Source: a virus. Taken from it: a stretch of 36,893 bases of DNA. The notes under the pieces were generated by a model, which was not told the origin of the DNA, made no database searches, and worked only from the letters and a program-made list of their open reading frames with translations. The position numbers and the translations under genes were made by a program. Of this stretch, positions 22,909 to 32,868 are shown in pieces. The DNA is taken from IMG/VR virus record IMGVR_UViG_3300045988_007631; one strand, written 5' to 3'. Within the stretch, counting starts at the first letter, position 1, and each line of letters opens with the position of its first letter.

Positions 22909-24756
22909 ATGCCGAACATCAACACAAAATTTACGCTTTCGGGCGAAAAAGAATACAAGCAGGCCATTTCCGAGATCGGCAGCGGCATGAAGGTGCTGGA
23001 CTCGGAAATGCGCAAGGTATCCTCTGCCTACGCGCAGAACGCGGACAGCGTAGAGGCCCTAAACGCCAAGAATGACGTCTTAGAGCGCAAGATTTCCACG
23101 CAGACCGAAAAGATCGAGTATCTGCGTGCCGCCCTGCAGCAGTCCGCAGAAAAATACGGCGAGGCAGACAAGCGCACCATGCAGTGGCAGGCAAGCCTCA
23201 ACAACGCAGAGGCAGATCTAAACAACCTCAACAATCAGGTCGACGAAAACAAGCAGAAGATTGCCGACTCCGGCAAGGAGATGGGCAACCTCGGCGACGT
23301 GGTGAACGGCCTGACGCAGAAACTCGGCATTCAGCTGCCGGACGGCATGAAGTCCTCCATGAACGCCATGGGGAGCCTCGATGCGCAGTCACTGGCGTTG
23401 GCTGGCGGCTTCGCTGCCGTCGCGGCGGCGATCGTAAAAGTCGAAAAGGCCATGATCTCCATGACGAAGGAATCTGCGTCTTTTGCCGACAACATCATCA
23501 CACTTTCCATGCAGACCGGGCAATCGACACAGCAGCTGCAGGAGTTTGCCTATGCGTCAGAGCTGATCGACGTATCCGTCGACACCCTGCAGGGCAGTCT
23601 CCGTAAACTGACCAATAACATGCAGGACACGATGAACGGCACGGGCAATGCGAAGGCATCCTTTGAGGCACTGGGCGTCTCCGTGACCAATGCCGACGGC
23701 AGCATGCGCAGCGCGAACGACGTTTTCTACGAAACGATTGACGCGCTCGGGCAGGTGAAAAATGAAACCGAGCGGGACGCAATGTCCATGGACATTTTCG
23801 GCCGCTCCGCGCAGGATCTGAATCCGCTGATCATCCAGGGATCGAAAACCCTCAAGGCCTACGCTGACGAAGCCCATAACATGGGCTACGTGCTCGACGA
23901 CGAGGCGCTTTCCGCGCTCGGCGCGGTCGACGACGCATACCAGCGCCTGCAAAAGACGCAGGAGGGCGTGAAAAACCAGCTGGCCGTGGAGTTTGCGCCG
24001 TATCTCGAGGAATTCTACGGCGACGTGACCAGCGGCATCAAGTACATCGGCGACGTGCTGCAGCAGTCCGGGCTTGTTGACGCCTTCGGCATGCTGCTCG
24101 AAACGGCGGGCGATATCATCGCGCCGATGGATACCCTGTCCAACGATAAGGTACCGGCGCTGACAAGAGCGCTGCGGCCGCTTGCAGAGCTTATGGCGGC
24201 CATCGCGGACGCGGGGGACTTTGTGTCCGGCCTGCTGTCGCTCGATTTTAACAAGGTCGGAACGGCGCTCGGCCTGAATTACGGCAAGGGCCAGATGTCG
24301 AATGTACAGAAGCTCAATACCAAGTGGATGCAGCAGGATACGAACCGCGCGACCGCCGCGAACGGCTACGGCAGCTACTTCGACACCGATACCGGCAAGG
24401 CCTACGGAAACATGGAGTCCTACGCGAACGCGCAGTATGAATCCCTTGTGCGTGCGGGCGACAGCTCCGTCCTCGGCAAGTCGCAGGATCTGTGGGTGCA
24501 GGAATACCTCAAAAAGCTCCGCGGCAACGCCGCCGGCACCGACAACTGGTCTGGCGGATGGACGCGGGTGAACGAAAACGGTCTCGAGCGGATCTTCCTG
24601 CCGTCCGGATCGCGCATCCAGACAGCAAGCGAAACGCGCTACACCTCCGGCGATACCTACAACACCACCGTCTACGTCGACCACGTCGAAGACCTCGACA
24701 CCATCCTCCGCATCGCCAAAAACGCACGCATCACAGCCAGAATGGGGGCGAAGTAA
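22909..24756 (+). CDS. Tape measure protein
   Basis: 615 aa, coiled-coil-rich N-terminus, position after G/GT. Confidence 0.85.
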   Translation: MPNINTKFTLSGEKEYKQAISEIGSGMKVLDSEMRKVSSAYAQNADSVEALNAKNDVLERKISTQTEKIEYLRAALQQSAEKYGEADKRTMQWQASLNNAEADLNNLNNQVDENKQKIADSGKEMGNLGDVVNGLTQKLGIQLPDGMKSSMNAMGSLDAQSLALAGGFAAVAAAIVKVEKAMISMTKESASFADNIITLSMQTGQSTQQLQEFAYASELIDVSVDTLQGSLRKLTNNMQDTMNGTGNAKASFEALGVSVTNADGSMRSANDVFYETIDALGQVKNETERDAMSMDIFGRSAQDLNPLIIQGSKTLKAYADEAHNMGYVLDDEALSALGAVDDAYQRLQKTQEGVKNQLAVEFAPYLEEFYGDVTSGIKYIGDVLQQSGLVDAFGMLLETAGDIIAPMDTLSNDKVPALTRALRPLAELMAAIADAGDFVSGLLSLDFNKVGTALGLNYGKGQMSNVQKLNTKWMQQDTNRATAANGYGSYFDTDTGKAYGNMESYANAQYESLVRAGDSSVLGKSQDLWVQEYLKKLRGNAAGTDNWSGGWTRVNENGLERIFLPSGSRIQTASETRYTSGDTYNTTVYVDHVEDLDTILRIAKNARITARMGAK

Positions 24757-27054
24757 ATGGGAACGCTTACACTTTACGCGAACGACTCAGCAATCGTAAG
24801 AACTGATAATCCAAATACAAACTATTACAGTGCAACGCAAACCACATCAGACGACTTCGGAAACTATTGCAGAATGCTGATGACGTTTGCACCAACGAGC
24901 GCGCAGCTTGCAGCGCTTAGATACAAAAAAATAACGGCGATAACCTACAATCTTTTCTGCTCACAGATCAATTCTGGCGGAACAACAAACGATCCGGAAA
25001 TATATCTCCTGACGAAAAAGCCGCAGCTCAGGTCGGTTACATACAACACAATGCCGGGGATGGCCTTGAAACTCGCAACGATCCCTAAACCTTATAGCAT
25101 GGAAAACAACAGATACAGAAGCACAGCGACAACAATATCGGCGGCAAACCTAAAAATGCTGCTTGAAAATGGCGCATGCGTGTACCCGAATATGAATGTC
25201 GTGGTGCAATCTGCGAAGGGAAGCAATAAGCCATATATTGTAATTACCTATGAAGACCAGACGACGGTTCCGAAAATCTATCTGACAGAAAGCGGGAAAA
25301 GAGCGTCAGAAATTGCGCAAGAATTCAAGTGGTCCTTGCAGTGGGATTCATATTACACCTATGAGCTCCCAACAGTAGCAAGTCAAACGCTGAAATGGCG
25401 GGTAAAAAACGCGAGCACGGCTAATTCGGTCAGCGTGGGCGCAGACGAAACGAGCGCAACGATGCCAGCAGGGACTCTCCCGGTCGGGAGTTTGGAATGG
25501 ACGATACAACTGACCACAAGCCAAGGGGGGACCGTAACCGCCGCATGGTCGAGCTTCACTGTTGAGAAGCCTGTGATTTCTGCGATGAGTCCCGCAGCTG
25601 GCGCATATACGCCGAAGCACGTTGCGAGTATTTTCTCGTGGGATGTGCAGCAGCAGGATAAGACAATGGTTTCTGTCGAGCAGACACGCGCAACGATCTA
25701 CTGGCGGACAACCGGCACGACGACCACGCACAGCATTGCTGTTTCCGGATCAAAAAAGAGCCACACCGTGCCAGCGGAGACATTTTCCGCCGAGTCCATA
25801 GACTGGATGATCACGGCGATCACAGCGGGCAATCTGACGGCAACGTCCGCATGGCTGACGGTATCAACAACGGAGGCAACACCGTCATGCAAACCAGTCG
25901 CCCCATCAGGCATCGTCATTGACGCGACCATCGTCAACCGCTTCTCGTGGCAGCACATCATTTCCACCGGCACGCCGCAGAGCAAGGCCGATCTGCAATG
26001 GTCCGCCGACGGCACGACATGGAACACGCTCGCGACCGTCACCGGCGAAAATCAGTATTACGACGTTCCGGCGAACAAATTCACAAGCGGAACAAAATAC
26101 TGGCGCGTGCGCACCTACAACACAGACGGCACGCCGTCCGAATGGAGCGACAAGGCAGAGTTTATCGCCATCAACGCCCCGTCCGCACCGTCCATCGTCA
26201 TTCAGTCCACAGGCCCGCGCCCGCGCATCACCTGGCAGACCACCGAGCAGGAAGCCTATCAGCTGACGCTGTCCAGCGGCTATGCCTCCGGCACGGTCTA
26301 CGGCACGGAAAAGGCCTGGCGCTCGCCGGTCTATCTCGCTGACGGCAGCTACACCGTCCGCGTCCGCGTGCAGAACAAGTACGGCATGTGGTCCGAGTGG
26401 AGCGCAGCCGCTCTGCCCGTTTCGCACACAGAGGGCGAGGCCATCACCCTGACCGTCACCGCCGGCCATGAGGCCGCGCTGGCCTGGCAGACCGCAGGCA
26501 GCTATGATTTTTACCTGATCGAGCGGGACGGCGTCGCCATCGCCCGCACCACGCAAAAGCAGTACGTCGACCATACCAGCATCGGCAGCGCGACCTACCG
26601 CGTCCGCGGCTGCTATACAGAAAGCGACAATTACGGCCTGTCCAACACCGTGACCGCAGAGATCCTGCCGGATACTGCCATGATCTGCGATCTGGAGTCA
26701 GGGACATGGCAGCGCCTGCCTTTGTCCGAAACGATCCTTCGCACCAACCGCATCAGCCGCGCCGCCACGATCTCGACAGTACACATGTCCGGCCTCGCCT
26801 ACCCCGTCGCGGAGCGCACAGAATTCCGCGACATGGCCATGCAGATCTCCTGCGCGTTTACGGCCAAAAACCGCGCCGCTGCGCTGGCGCTGGAAGCCCT
26901 CGTCGGGCGGCTCGTCTGCGCGAAGACCACGCAGGGCGATATGGTAACGGGCTATCTGGCCGCGCTGGACAAAAACGCCGACGCGATCATGAGCCGGTAC
27001 TCGTTCGAGCTCCAGAACATCCACCGCGAGGAGGCGATCACCCTTGACCCGTGA
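24757..27054 (+). CDS. Distal tail (Dit-position) protein with long N-terminal extension (AT-rich lectin-like domain plus FN3-like repeats)
   Basis: 765 aa directly after the tape measure. Repeated ..W.S..V.. ~90-aa segments; the C-terminal ~130 aa is Dit-like. The N-terminal ~200 aa is compositionally foreign. Confidence 0.5.
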   Translation: MGTLTLYANDSAIVRTDNPNTNYYSATQTTSDDFGNYCRMLMTFAPTSAQLAALRYKKITAITYNLFCSQINSGGTTNDPEIYLLTKKPQLRSVTYNTMPGMALKLATIPKPYSMENNRYRSTATTISAANLKMLLENGACVYPNMNVVVQSAKGSNKPYIVITYEDQTTVPKIYLTESGKRASEIAQEFKWSLQWDSYYTYELPTVASQTLKWRVKNASTANSVSVGADETSATMPAGTLPVGSLEWTIQLTTSQGGTVTAAWSSFTVEKPVISAMSPAAGAYTPKHVASIFSWDVQQQDKTMVSVEQTRATIYWRTTGTTTTHSIAVSGSKKSHTVPAETFSAESIDWMITAITAGNLTATSAWLTVSTTEATPSCKPVAPSGIVIDATIVNRFSWQHIISTGTPQSKADLQWSADGTTWNTLATVTGENQYYDVPANKFTSGTKYWRVRTYNTDGTPSEWSDKAEFIAINAPSAPSIVIQSTGPRPRITWQTTEQEAYQLTLSSGYASGTVYGTEKAWRSPVYLADGSYTVRVRVQNKYGMWSEWSAAALPVSHTEGEAITLTVTAGHEAALAWQTAGSYDFYLIERDGVAIARTTQKQYVDHTSIGSATYRVRGCYTESDNYGLSNTVTAEILPDTAMICDLESGTWQRLPLSETILRTNRISRAATISTVHMSGLAYPVAERTEFRDMAMQISCAFTAKNRAAALALEALVGRLVCAKTTQGDMVTGYLAALDKNADAIMSRYSFELQNIHREEAITLDP

Positions 27055-28090
27055 CGTAAGCTACCGCATCGACGTGCTCCGGAACGGCGCGCCCATCACG
27101 CAGCTGCAATGGGATACCGGCAGCCCGCCGCAGATCATGAGCGACCGCGCTGCGAACATCCACGGCACGCTCAAAGGAAGCTTTCTTCCCAATGCCGTAG
27201 CGGCGTGGGAATCGGACGAGCTGCGCCCGTGGATCATCGTAAACGGGACGGAGCACTCTCTCGGCATCTATCAGGCCGCGACCGTCAGCAGCAAGGGCGC
27301 AAGCGCCGGCACGCGCATGGAAATAGAAGCCTATGATCGCTGCTGGCGCGTGTATACGCAGAAAACAGAAACGCTCCTGCATCTTGCCGCTGGCTCGTCG
27401 TACATCACCGAAATCCGCAAGCTGCTGACAGCCTGCGGCATCTCGCTCGTGATCGCAACGCCGAACGCCGCTGTGCTGGCGACAGACCGCGAAGACTGGC
27501 CGATTGGAACGAGCTATCTGACAATCGTGAACGCGCTGCTGTCCGAGATCAATTACGAAAGCCTCTGGTTTGACGCCGACGGCGTGTGCCGCCTCGAACC
27601 GTATCAGGAGCCGTCCGCAGCAATCATCGACTGGCGCTACGGCGTGACGGACCTGTTTCTCCCGGAGAAGCATCCGGGCCCGGACTGGTCGGACGAAACG
27701 GACATTTTTGACGCGCCGAACGTCTTCGTCGTGACCTGCAACAACCCGGACATGGACGCGGCCATGGTGGCGACAGCCGTCAACGACAATCCGGCCTCCA
27801 AGAAATCCACCTTTAAGCGCGGAATGCGCATTACCTCCGTCGAGCGGGTAGACAATATCGCCTCGCAGGAGGAGCTGCAGGCCTACGCCGACAAGCGCCG
27901 CAACGAGTCGCTGCTTGCTGCGCGCGCCATTACATTTTACACGCTCAATGAGCCGGGGCACGGCGTCGGCGATATCCTGGCCCTGACGCACGACGAAATC
28001 GGCGGAATTTACCTCGAAACCGGCTGGTCGGTCACGATGCAGGCCGGAAGCCTCATGACACACTCTGCAAAAAGGACGGTGATCGCATAA
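27044..28090 (+). CDS. Tal/baseplate-hub-position tail protein
   Basis: 348 aa, TTG start with GAGGAGG 9 nt upstream. Function assigned by position after Dit. Confidence 0.5.
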   Translation: MTRDVSYRIDVLRNGAPITQLQWDTGSPPQIMSDRAANIHGTLKGSFLPNAVAAWESDELRPWIIVNGTEHSLGIYQAATVSSKGASAGTRMEIEAYDRCWRVYTQKTETLLHLAAGSSYITEIRKLLTACGISLVIATPNAAVLATDREDWPIGTSYLTIVNALLSEINYESLWFDADGVCRLEPYQEPSAAIIDWRYGVTDLFLPEKHPGPDWSDETDIFDAPNVFVVTCNNPDMDAAMVATAVNDNPASKKSTFKRGMRITSVERVDNIASQEELQAYADKRRNESLLAARAITFYTLNEPGHGVGDILALTHDEIGGIYLETGWSVTMQAGSLMTHSAKRTVIA

Positions 28091-28572
28091 TGGAGGGAAT
28101 CGACAGCCTGTTTGTGACGAATATCGAGATGCCGGACGAAAATCTGCCGGAAGCCTTTCTTGCGACCGTCGGCGCGGTCTACGAAGACGGCCTGTCCCTC
28201 ATTTTGGAGGGGCAGACCGAGGCCACGACGAAGCATTACAAGTGCAACACGTCGGCCACCTTCGCCGCGGGCGACCGCGTCAAGGTCGCGCGGATCTCCG
28301 GCAGCTATATCGTCGAGTATGTCGTAGGCCCGCCGAGCAGCGGGGGAAGCGGCGAGTATCAAGACAGGATTGTAAAAGACGGATACGGCATCTGGATGAG
28401 CGGGAGATTTGTAACACCATTATCCAGAAACGAATCAGTCGGAGCGACAAACAACTGGTTTAGAGGAATGTCGGCGGCGGGGTTCTATGTTTGTTACAAC
28501 ACAAATATTCGGGCCGTGCTGGAGTGCAACAGCGCCGGAAAGCTGCTCGTGAACGGCTCAGTGATTGCATAG
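28090..28572 (+). CDS. Tail/baseplate-associated hypothetical protein
   Basis: 160 aa, TAATG coupling. Confidence 0.55.
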   Translation: MEGIDSLFVTNIEMPDENLPEAFLATVGAVYEDGLSLILEGQTEATTKHYKCNTSATFAAGDRVKVARISGSYIVEYVVGPPSSGGSGEYQDRIVKDGYGIWMSGRFVTPLSRNESVGATNNWFRGMSAAGFYVCYNTNIRAVLECNSAGKLLVNGSVIA

Positions 28573-28585
28573 GAGGCGAAATAAC

Positions 28586-29173
28586 ATGATCCAGATCCAC
28601 ATCACCAAAGCCTGTGCGCATCTGTGCTCGCCACCGGAGGTGCTGACGGCGGGCATGGCGAAGGCCGTCAGCGTCGAATTCGCGTTTTCATCCGACTGGG
28701 ACGGGCTGACGAAGACCGCTGTCTTTACAAACGGCAGGGCCACCATCGACGTACTCCCGGCGAAATGGGATGGCGATACCGTGACCGTCCCGCCAGAGAT
28801 TCTCGCCGTGGCGGGGCGCTATGCCCGCGTCGGCGTGTACGGCACGAACGCCTCCGGCGTCGTGCTGCCGACCGTCTGGGTATCGCTCGGCAAGGTGCAG
28901 CCTGCGGCGGAGCCGTCCGGCGATCCTTCGGCGGACCCCACGCTCCCCGTCTGGGCGCAGCTGCAGGAGCAGATCGGCGACCTGAACGACCTCAAGACCT
29001 ACAACAAAGAAACCCTCGTCGCCGCCATCAACGAAGCCCGCCAGTCGGGCGGCGGAGGAGGCGGCGGGGGGATATCATCCGCGCAGATCGACGAGATCCG
29101 CGTGCTGACAAAATCGGACTATGACGCGCTGGACGAAAAGGACGCGCGGACACTGTATCTGTTGGAGGGCTGA
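28586..29173 (+). CDS. Tail fibre-associated protein with Gly8 hinge
   Basis: 195 aa from ATG 28586 (TAGGAGG upstream). ..LVAAINEARQSGGGGGGGGISSAQIDE.. Confidence 0.6.
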   Translation: MIQIHITKACAHLCSPPEVLTAGMAKAVSVEFAFSSDWDGLTKTAVFTNGRATIDVLPAKWDGDTVTVPPEILAVAGRYARVGVYGTNASGVVLPTVWVSLGKVQPAAEPSGDPSADPTLPVWAQLQEQIGDLNDLKTYNKETLVAAINEARQSGGGGGGGGISSAQIDEIRVLTKSDYDALDEKDARTLYLLEG

Positions 29174-29174
29174 C

Positions 29175-29318
29175 ATGCTGGCAGTTGGACTCAAACGCAT
29201 TCTGAAGCTGTTCATCGGCTCCATGGGAATCAAATCCGCCCACCTGGGCACGAAAACCATCTACGAAAGACCGGGCGGATTTTTGTACATTGAACTCACA
29301 AGCGAAGAAAGGGGATAA
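29175..29318 (+). CDS. Small hypothetical protein (47 aa)
   Basis: ATG 29175 is 1 nt after the previous stop. The upstream part of the track ORF overlaps the previous gene. Confidence 0.4.
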   Translation: MLAVGLKRILKLFIGSMGIKSAHLGTKTIYERPGGFLYIELTSEERG

Positions 29319-29324
29319 AACCGA

Positions 29325-29987
29325 ATGGCAAGCTTTTTTAATTTAACGCTGGATACACTGGCCCCTGCCGGTCTATCGATCACACTGAACGACGGCGCAC
29401 AGTACGCGACCAGTGCAACCGTCACCGCGAAGATCTCCGTCACAGACGCGGCGACGACCGGCTACCAGATGAAGATCTGGGGCACAAAGGCGGCGGGAAC
29501 GGAGGCGGCTGCGTCGTGGGAGACATACGCGGCCACAAAATCCATTACGCTCCCGGACGGCGACGGCCTGAAGACGATCTATGTAAAGGTGCGCGACGAC
29601 GTCGGTAACGAATCGGCTGCGGCCAGCGACTCCATCACGCTCAACACCTCGATTCCCGCCGTGACCATCACCGGCCCCGACAAGAGCCGCATTTCCAAGG
29701 TCACAGGCTACGACGCAGCGGCGTTCTCCTTCGTCTGCGATGTGGACTTTGAGGAATACACCGTCCGCGTCGTCCCGGCGACGAGCAGCCTGCACACGGC
29801 GGGCACGCAGATCCCGACGACGGGCGGCTCCACCAACGTCAGCGGCACAGAGGGCGGCTACAAGAAGAACACCGCCATCAACGTCACCGTCAAGGGCGCA
29901 GACCTCGAATCGGCGTCTTCCGGCGACGGCGTGAAGATCGTGAAGGTCTTCGTCAAGAACGCCGCCGGGACGTGGAGCGCAGCCTAA
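29325..29987 (+). CDS. Tail fibre / Ig-like surface protein
   Basis: 220 aa, Thr/Ala/Ser-rich beta-type composition. Confidence 0.6.
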   Translation: MASFFNLTLDTLAPAGLSITLNDGAQYATSATVTAKISVTDAATTGYQMKIWGTKAAGTEAAASWETYAATKSITLPDGDGLKTIYVKVRDDVGNESAAASDSITLNTSIPAVTITGPDKSRISKVTGYDAAAFSFVCDVDFEEYTVRVVPATSSLHTAGTQIPTTGGSTNVSGTEGGYKKNTAINVTVKGADLESASSGDGVKIVKVFVKNAAGTWSAA

Positions 29988-30364
29988 TGGCCGCGCCGGA
30001 GTTGACCTTCTCCATCACCGGAAACAAGATATCGGCAGTCTCGGGATTCGACTCGATCACCGTCACATTCTCGTCGGACATCGCGTATCAGGCATTCGAA
30101 TGCCGCGCGACGAAGTCCGGCGAGGATTGGGGCCGCGGGAAGGGCGCTTTGATTGCGTCCTTCTCCCAGACCCCGGCGGGCACGCAGCGCACCTTTGAGG
30201 TTTACGACGATTTTCTGCTTTCCGGTGATGGAGAATACCGCATTTCGTTGTTCGCGCAGGGCGTGGACGGCAGCTGGAACGACAACTACGGCTTTATCCC
30301 GCTGGGAGAGTCGCAGGCGCTGAAGACCGCAGACGGCGAGGATTTTCTGTGTATGAAGGAGTGA
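29987..30364 (+). CDS. Hypothetical tail-module protein
   Basis: 125 aa from ATG 29987 (TAATG overlap). Confidence 0.55.
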   Translation: MAAPELTFSITGNKISAVSGFDSITVTFSSDIAYQAFECRATKSGEDWGRGKGALIASFSQTPAGTQRTFEVYDDFLLSGDGEYRISLFAQGVDGSWNDNYGFIPLGESQALKTADGEDFLCMKE

Positions 30365-30368
30365 TCGT

Positions 30369-30806
30369 ATGGCTTACAACAGCCAGTTTACCGGCGCGCA
30401 GATCGACGAGGCTATCGCCAATGTGCGCAGCAACAAAGACGCGTGGAACGGAAAGCAAGATGTGATTCTCGCCTCCGGTGCTTCCGTCGGGGACCTGATC
30501 AAGGTTAAGGCGGTGGACGCCAGCGGGAAGCCGACAGCCTGGGCCGTGGCCGTGGCTGGCACGGACTACCTCAAAACCGCACCTGTAACATCGGTCAACG
30601 GCAAAACAGGCGCGGTGAGCGTCAGCAAGTCCAACGTCGGCCTTGGAAATGTGGACAACGTATCCATCAATGCCCGCCTGAACCGCACCACCAACGTGAA
30701 CGCTGCCGATACAAATTACACCGCGCTCATGGTGCGCGGGATGTCGCTGAATGCGTCGGAGACCACACCAGCCGTCAATGGTGCAATCGCTTGGCAGTAC
30801 GAATAA
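30369..30806 (+). CDS. Tail fibre protein
   Basis: 145 aa. FTGAQIDEAI and VTSVNGKTGAVSVSKSNVGLGNVDN motifs, typical of phage fibres. Confidence 0.65.
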   Translation: MAYNSQFTGAQIDEAIANVRSNKDAWNGKQDVILASGASVGDLIKVKAVDASGKPTAWAVAVAGTDYLKTAPVTSVNGKTGAVSVSKSNVGLGNVDNVSINARLNRTTNVNAADTNYTALMVRGMSLNASETTPAVNGAIAWQYE

Positions 30807-30819
30807 GGAGGGACGGCAC

Positions 30820-31245
30820 ATGGCTCATAAGACACTCATTGGCGGCACGGCTTACAACATCAAGGGCGGTCGGGATCTGATCGGAGGCACGGGCTACAGC
30901 AAGAAGAACGGCAAAGTCCTCATCGACGGCACGGTGCACGCAATTGAATTCGTGAAGAAGCTTAGGATCACCATAGTCAACGCCATAGACAGCTCGAACA
31001 TGAGCGGCAGCGTAATTTACAATGGGAAAGCACACACCTCCGGAACGCTGGAGGTAGAGCAAGGAGAGACGGTAACAATTGCGCTGAGAAACGATGGTGG
31101 GAACGGCTGGTGTTTTGTAGGCGTAAACGGAAACGACGTTGCAAGCGGAAGCTCTCATGTGGAGTACACATATACCGTAACAAAAAATGCGAGTATAAGG
31201 TTCGACTCATATGCATACGTCATCGCGCAAATCACAGAAGAATAG
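30820..31245 (+). CDS. Hypothetical tail-module protein
   Basis: 141 aa from ATG 30820 (AAGGAGGG upstream). Repeated LIGGT.Y motif. Confidence 0.55.
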   Translation: MAHKTLIGGTAYNIKGGRDLIGGTGYSKKNGKVLIDGTVHAIEFVKKLRITIVNAIDSSNMSGSVIYNGKAHTSGTLEVEQGETVTIALRNDGGNGWCFVGVNGNDVASGSSHVEYTYTVTKNASIRFDSYAYVIAQITEE

Positions 31246-31254
31246 GAGGTCAAC

Positions 31255-31620
31255 ATGGTCTATTTTAAGACGAATAACACCGAATACCCGGCCAGCATTG
31301 CCGGGAAGGTCACAGACCGGGACTGGGGCAACCGGAAGTCCAAGGCCGTCACGCTGACGACAACATACGAGCAAGCCGCGCAGCTGTTTGTGGACGGGCT
31401 GGTATGGTCGATTGTCCAGCGCGACACCGTGCCGGTCTACGGCAAGGACGGAAACCCCACCGGCGAGACGACCGAACAGGTGCAGGAATGGGACAACTCC
31501 GACTACTGCGTCGCGGGCTCCATCACCGACAACAGAGACGGCACGTGCACCTGCAAGATGGGCAAAAAAACAGCCAGCGACGTGCTGGCGGAACTGGAGG
31601 CTACCTATGACGGAAACTAA
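31255..31620 (+). CDS. Hypothetical protein
   Basis: 121 aa, TAGGAGG upstream. Confidence 0.55.
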   Translation: MVYFKTNNTEYPASIAGKVTDRDWGNRKSKAVTLTTTYEQAAQLFVDGLVWSIVQRDTVPVYGKDGNPTGETTEQVQEWDNSDYCVAGSITDNRDGTCTCKMGKKTASDVLAELEATYDGN

Positions 31621-31933
31621 GCTTACGCAGATCAAATCCGCGATCAAGGACGGCAAGCTGGTACAGGCCGCAGGCGGCATCACGGAGGCCGTCACGCAGT
31701 CGGACAAGCTTGGATATGACTGGCGAAATATCTACGTCAACAAGATCTTGGTTCGCCAGGAGTACGTTGAACAGGCCGTGAAAGCCGGCACGGCGGACAA
31801 CCCCATCGTGTGGAAGGCTGGCATGTCGCTGATCCAGAATGCTTATTACACCAACAACGGCGAAACAAAGATCTGGATGGGCGAGGCCGGAAAGCAAGCC
31901 GAATGGACGGACAGCGCCTTCGTGCCGATCTGA
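31607..31933 (+). CDS. Hypothetical protein
   Basis: 108 aa from ATG 31607 (GGAGG upstream). The rest of the track ORF from 31388 is an Arg/Pro-rich alternative frame. Confidence 0.55.
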   Translation: MTETKLTQIKSAIKDGKLVQAAGGITEAVTQSDKLGYDWRNIYVNKILVRQEYVEQAVKAGTADNPIVWKAGMSLIQNAYYTNNGETKIWMGEAGKQAEWTDSAFVPI

Positions 31934-31954
31934 TAACGCAGAAGGGAGAACACC

Positions 31955-32302
31955 ATGGACACCAAGACCATCATCGTCACCCTCGTCTGCGCCGTGCTCG
32001 GCTCGTCCGCGCTGACGGCGGTCGTCAATGCCGTCGTCGGCGCGATACAGAAAAAGCGCGGCAAGGCCACAACGCAGGAGGCGCACCTAGCCGAGATCGA
32101 CAAAAAGCTCGGGAAAATGCAGGAGCATCAGGATGAGCAATATCTCGCAATTCTCCGTCTGACCATCATGTCGGAGGAAATGCCAATGGCCGAGCGTTTG
32201 ATCGCCGGGCAGAAGTACGTCACACTCGGCGGGAACGGCGACGTGAAGAAGTTTTTACACCAGCTGGAGGCGCAATGCGGGCATAGCAATGGAATTCAGT
32301 AA
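31955..32302 (+). CDS. N-terminally anchored membrane protein (possible lysis regulator/holin-like)
   Basis: 115 aa. TM helix IIVTLVCAVLGSSALTAVVNAVVGA. Confidence 0.5.
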   Translation: MDTKTIIVTLVCAVLGSSALTAVVNAVVGAIQKKRGKATTQEAHLAEIDKKLGKMQEHQDEQYLAILRLTIMSEEMPMAERLIAGQKYVTLGGNGDVKKFLHQLEAQCGHSNGIQ

Positions 32303-32546
32303 AAAGTGGATGATTTGCAGCGCGCTCGTCAGCCTCGCGCTCATCATCGCCTGCGCGGCAGGCGCAGATCTGACGGAGATCACGCTTGCGGTGCTGGCCG
32401 AAACAACGGCCTCCAGCGGTTTTTACCTCTGGAAGGCCAAGAACGAGAACCGCGCGAAGTACGCGCAGAAGTACATGGATAAATGGGCTGAAAAATACGG
32501 CCCGGAAGCGGCAGCACGCATCGCGGAGATCGTGCTGAAAGATTGA
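32289..32546 (+). CDS. Two-TM small membrane protein (holin-like)
   Basis: 85 aa. WMICSALVSLALIIACAAG and ITLAVLAETTASSGFYLW. Confidence 0.5.
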   Translation: MEFSKKWMICSALVSLALIIACAAGADLTEITLAVLAETTASSGFYLWKAKNENRAKYAQKYMDKWAEKYGPEAAARIAEIVLKD

Positions 32547-32559
32547 AAGGAGCATACTT

Positions 32560-32868
32560 ATGGACTACACGCAAATCATCTCGGCAGTAATCGCGCTCAT
32601 CAGCGCGCTCGTCTCTGCATTTTTGATCCCGTGGATCAAGACGAAGATCGACGCGGACAAGCTGCAAACGATCCGCACTTACGTTGAGATCGGCGTAAAG
32701 GCGGCGGAGCAGCTGTACACCGCGACGGACGGCGCAGCGAAAAAGGCGTATGTTGTGAATTTCCTCGCCGAGAAGGGCATTCAATTTGATGTAGAAACGA
32801 TCGACAAGCTGATCGAGGCCGCCGTGCTGCAGCTGCACCACGAGCTGTACGGGAGTGAGCGGGCATGA
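32560..32868 (+). CDS. Holin (LL-H-like)
   Basis: 102 aa. N-terminal TM IISAVIALISALVSAFLIPWI, then a helical tail. ATGA-type overlap with the endolysin. Confidence 0.6.
   Translation: MDYTQIISAVIALISALVSAFLIPWIKTKIDADKLQTIRTYVEIGVKAAEQLYTATDGAAKKAYVVNFLAEKGIQFDVETIDKLIEAAVLQLHHELYGSERA

Noticed and set aside
24757-31933. Diversity-generating retroelement or retron associated with the tail-fibre region or the structured island
   Set aside because: No reverse transcriptase gene is present anywhere in the window, and I could find no template/variable repeat pair by eye.
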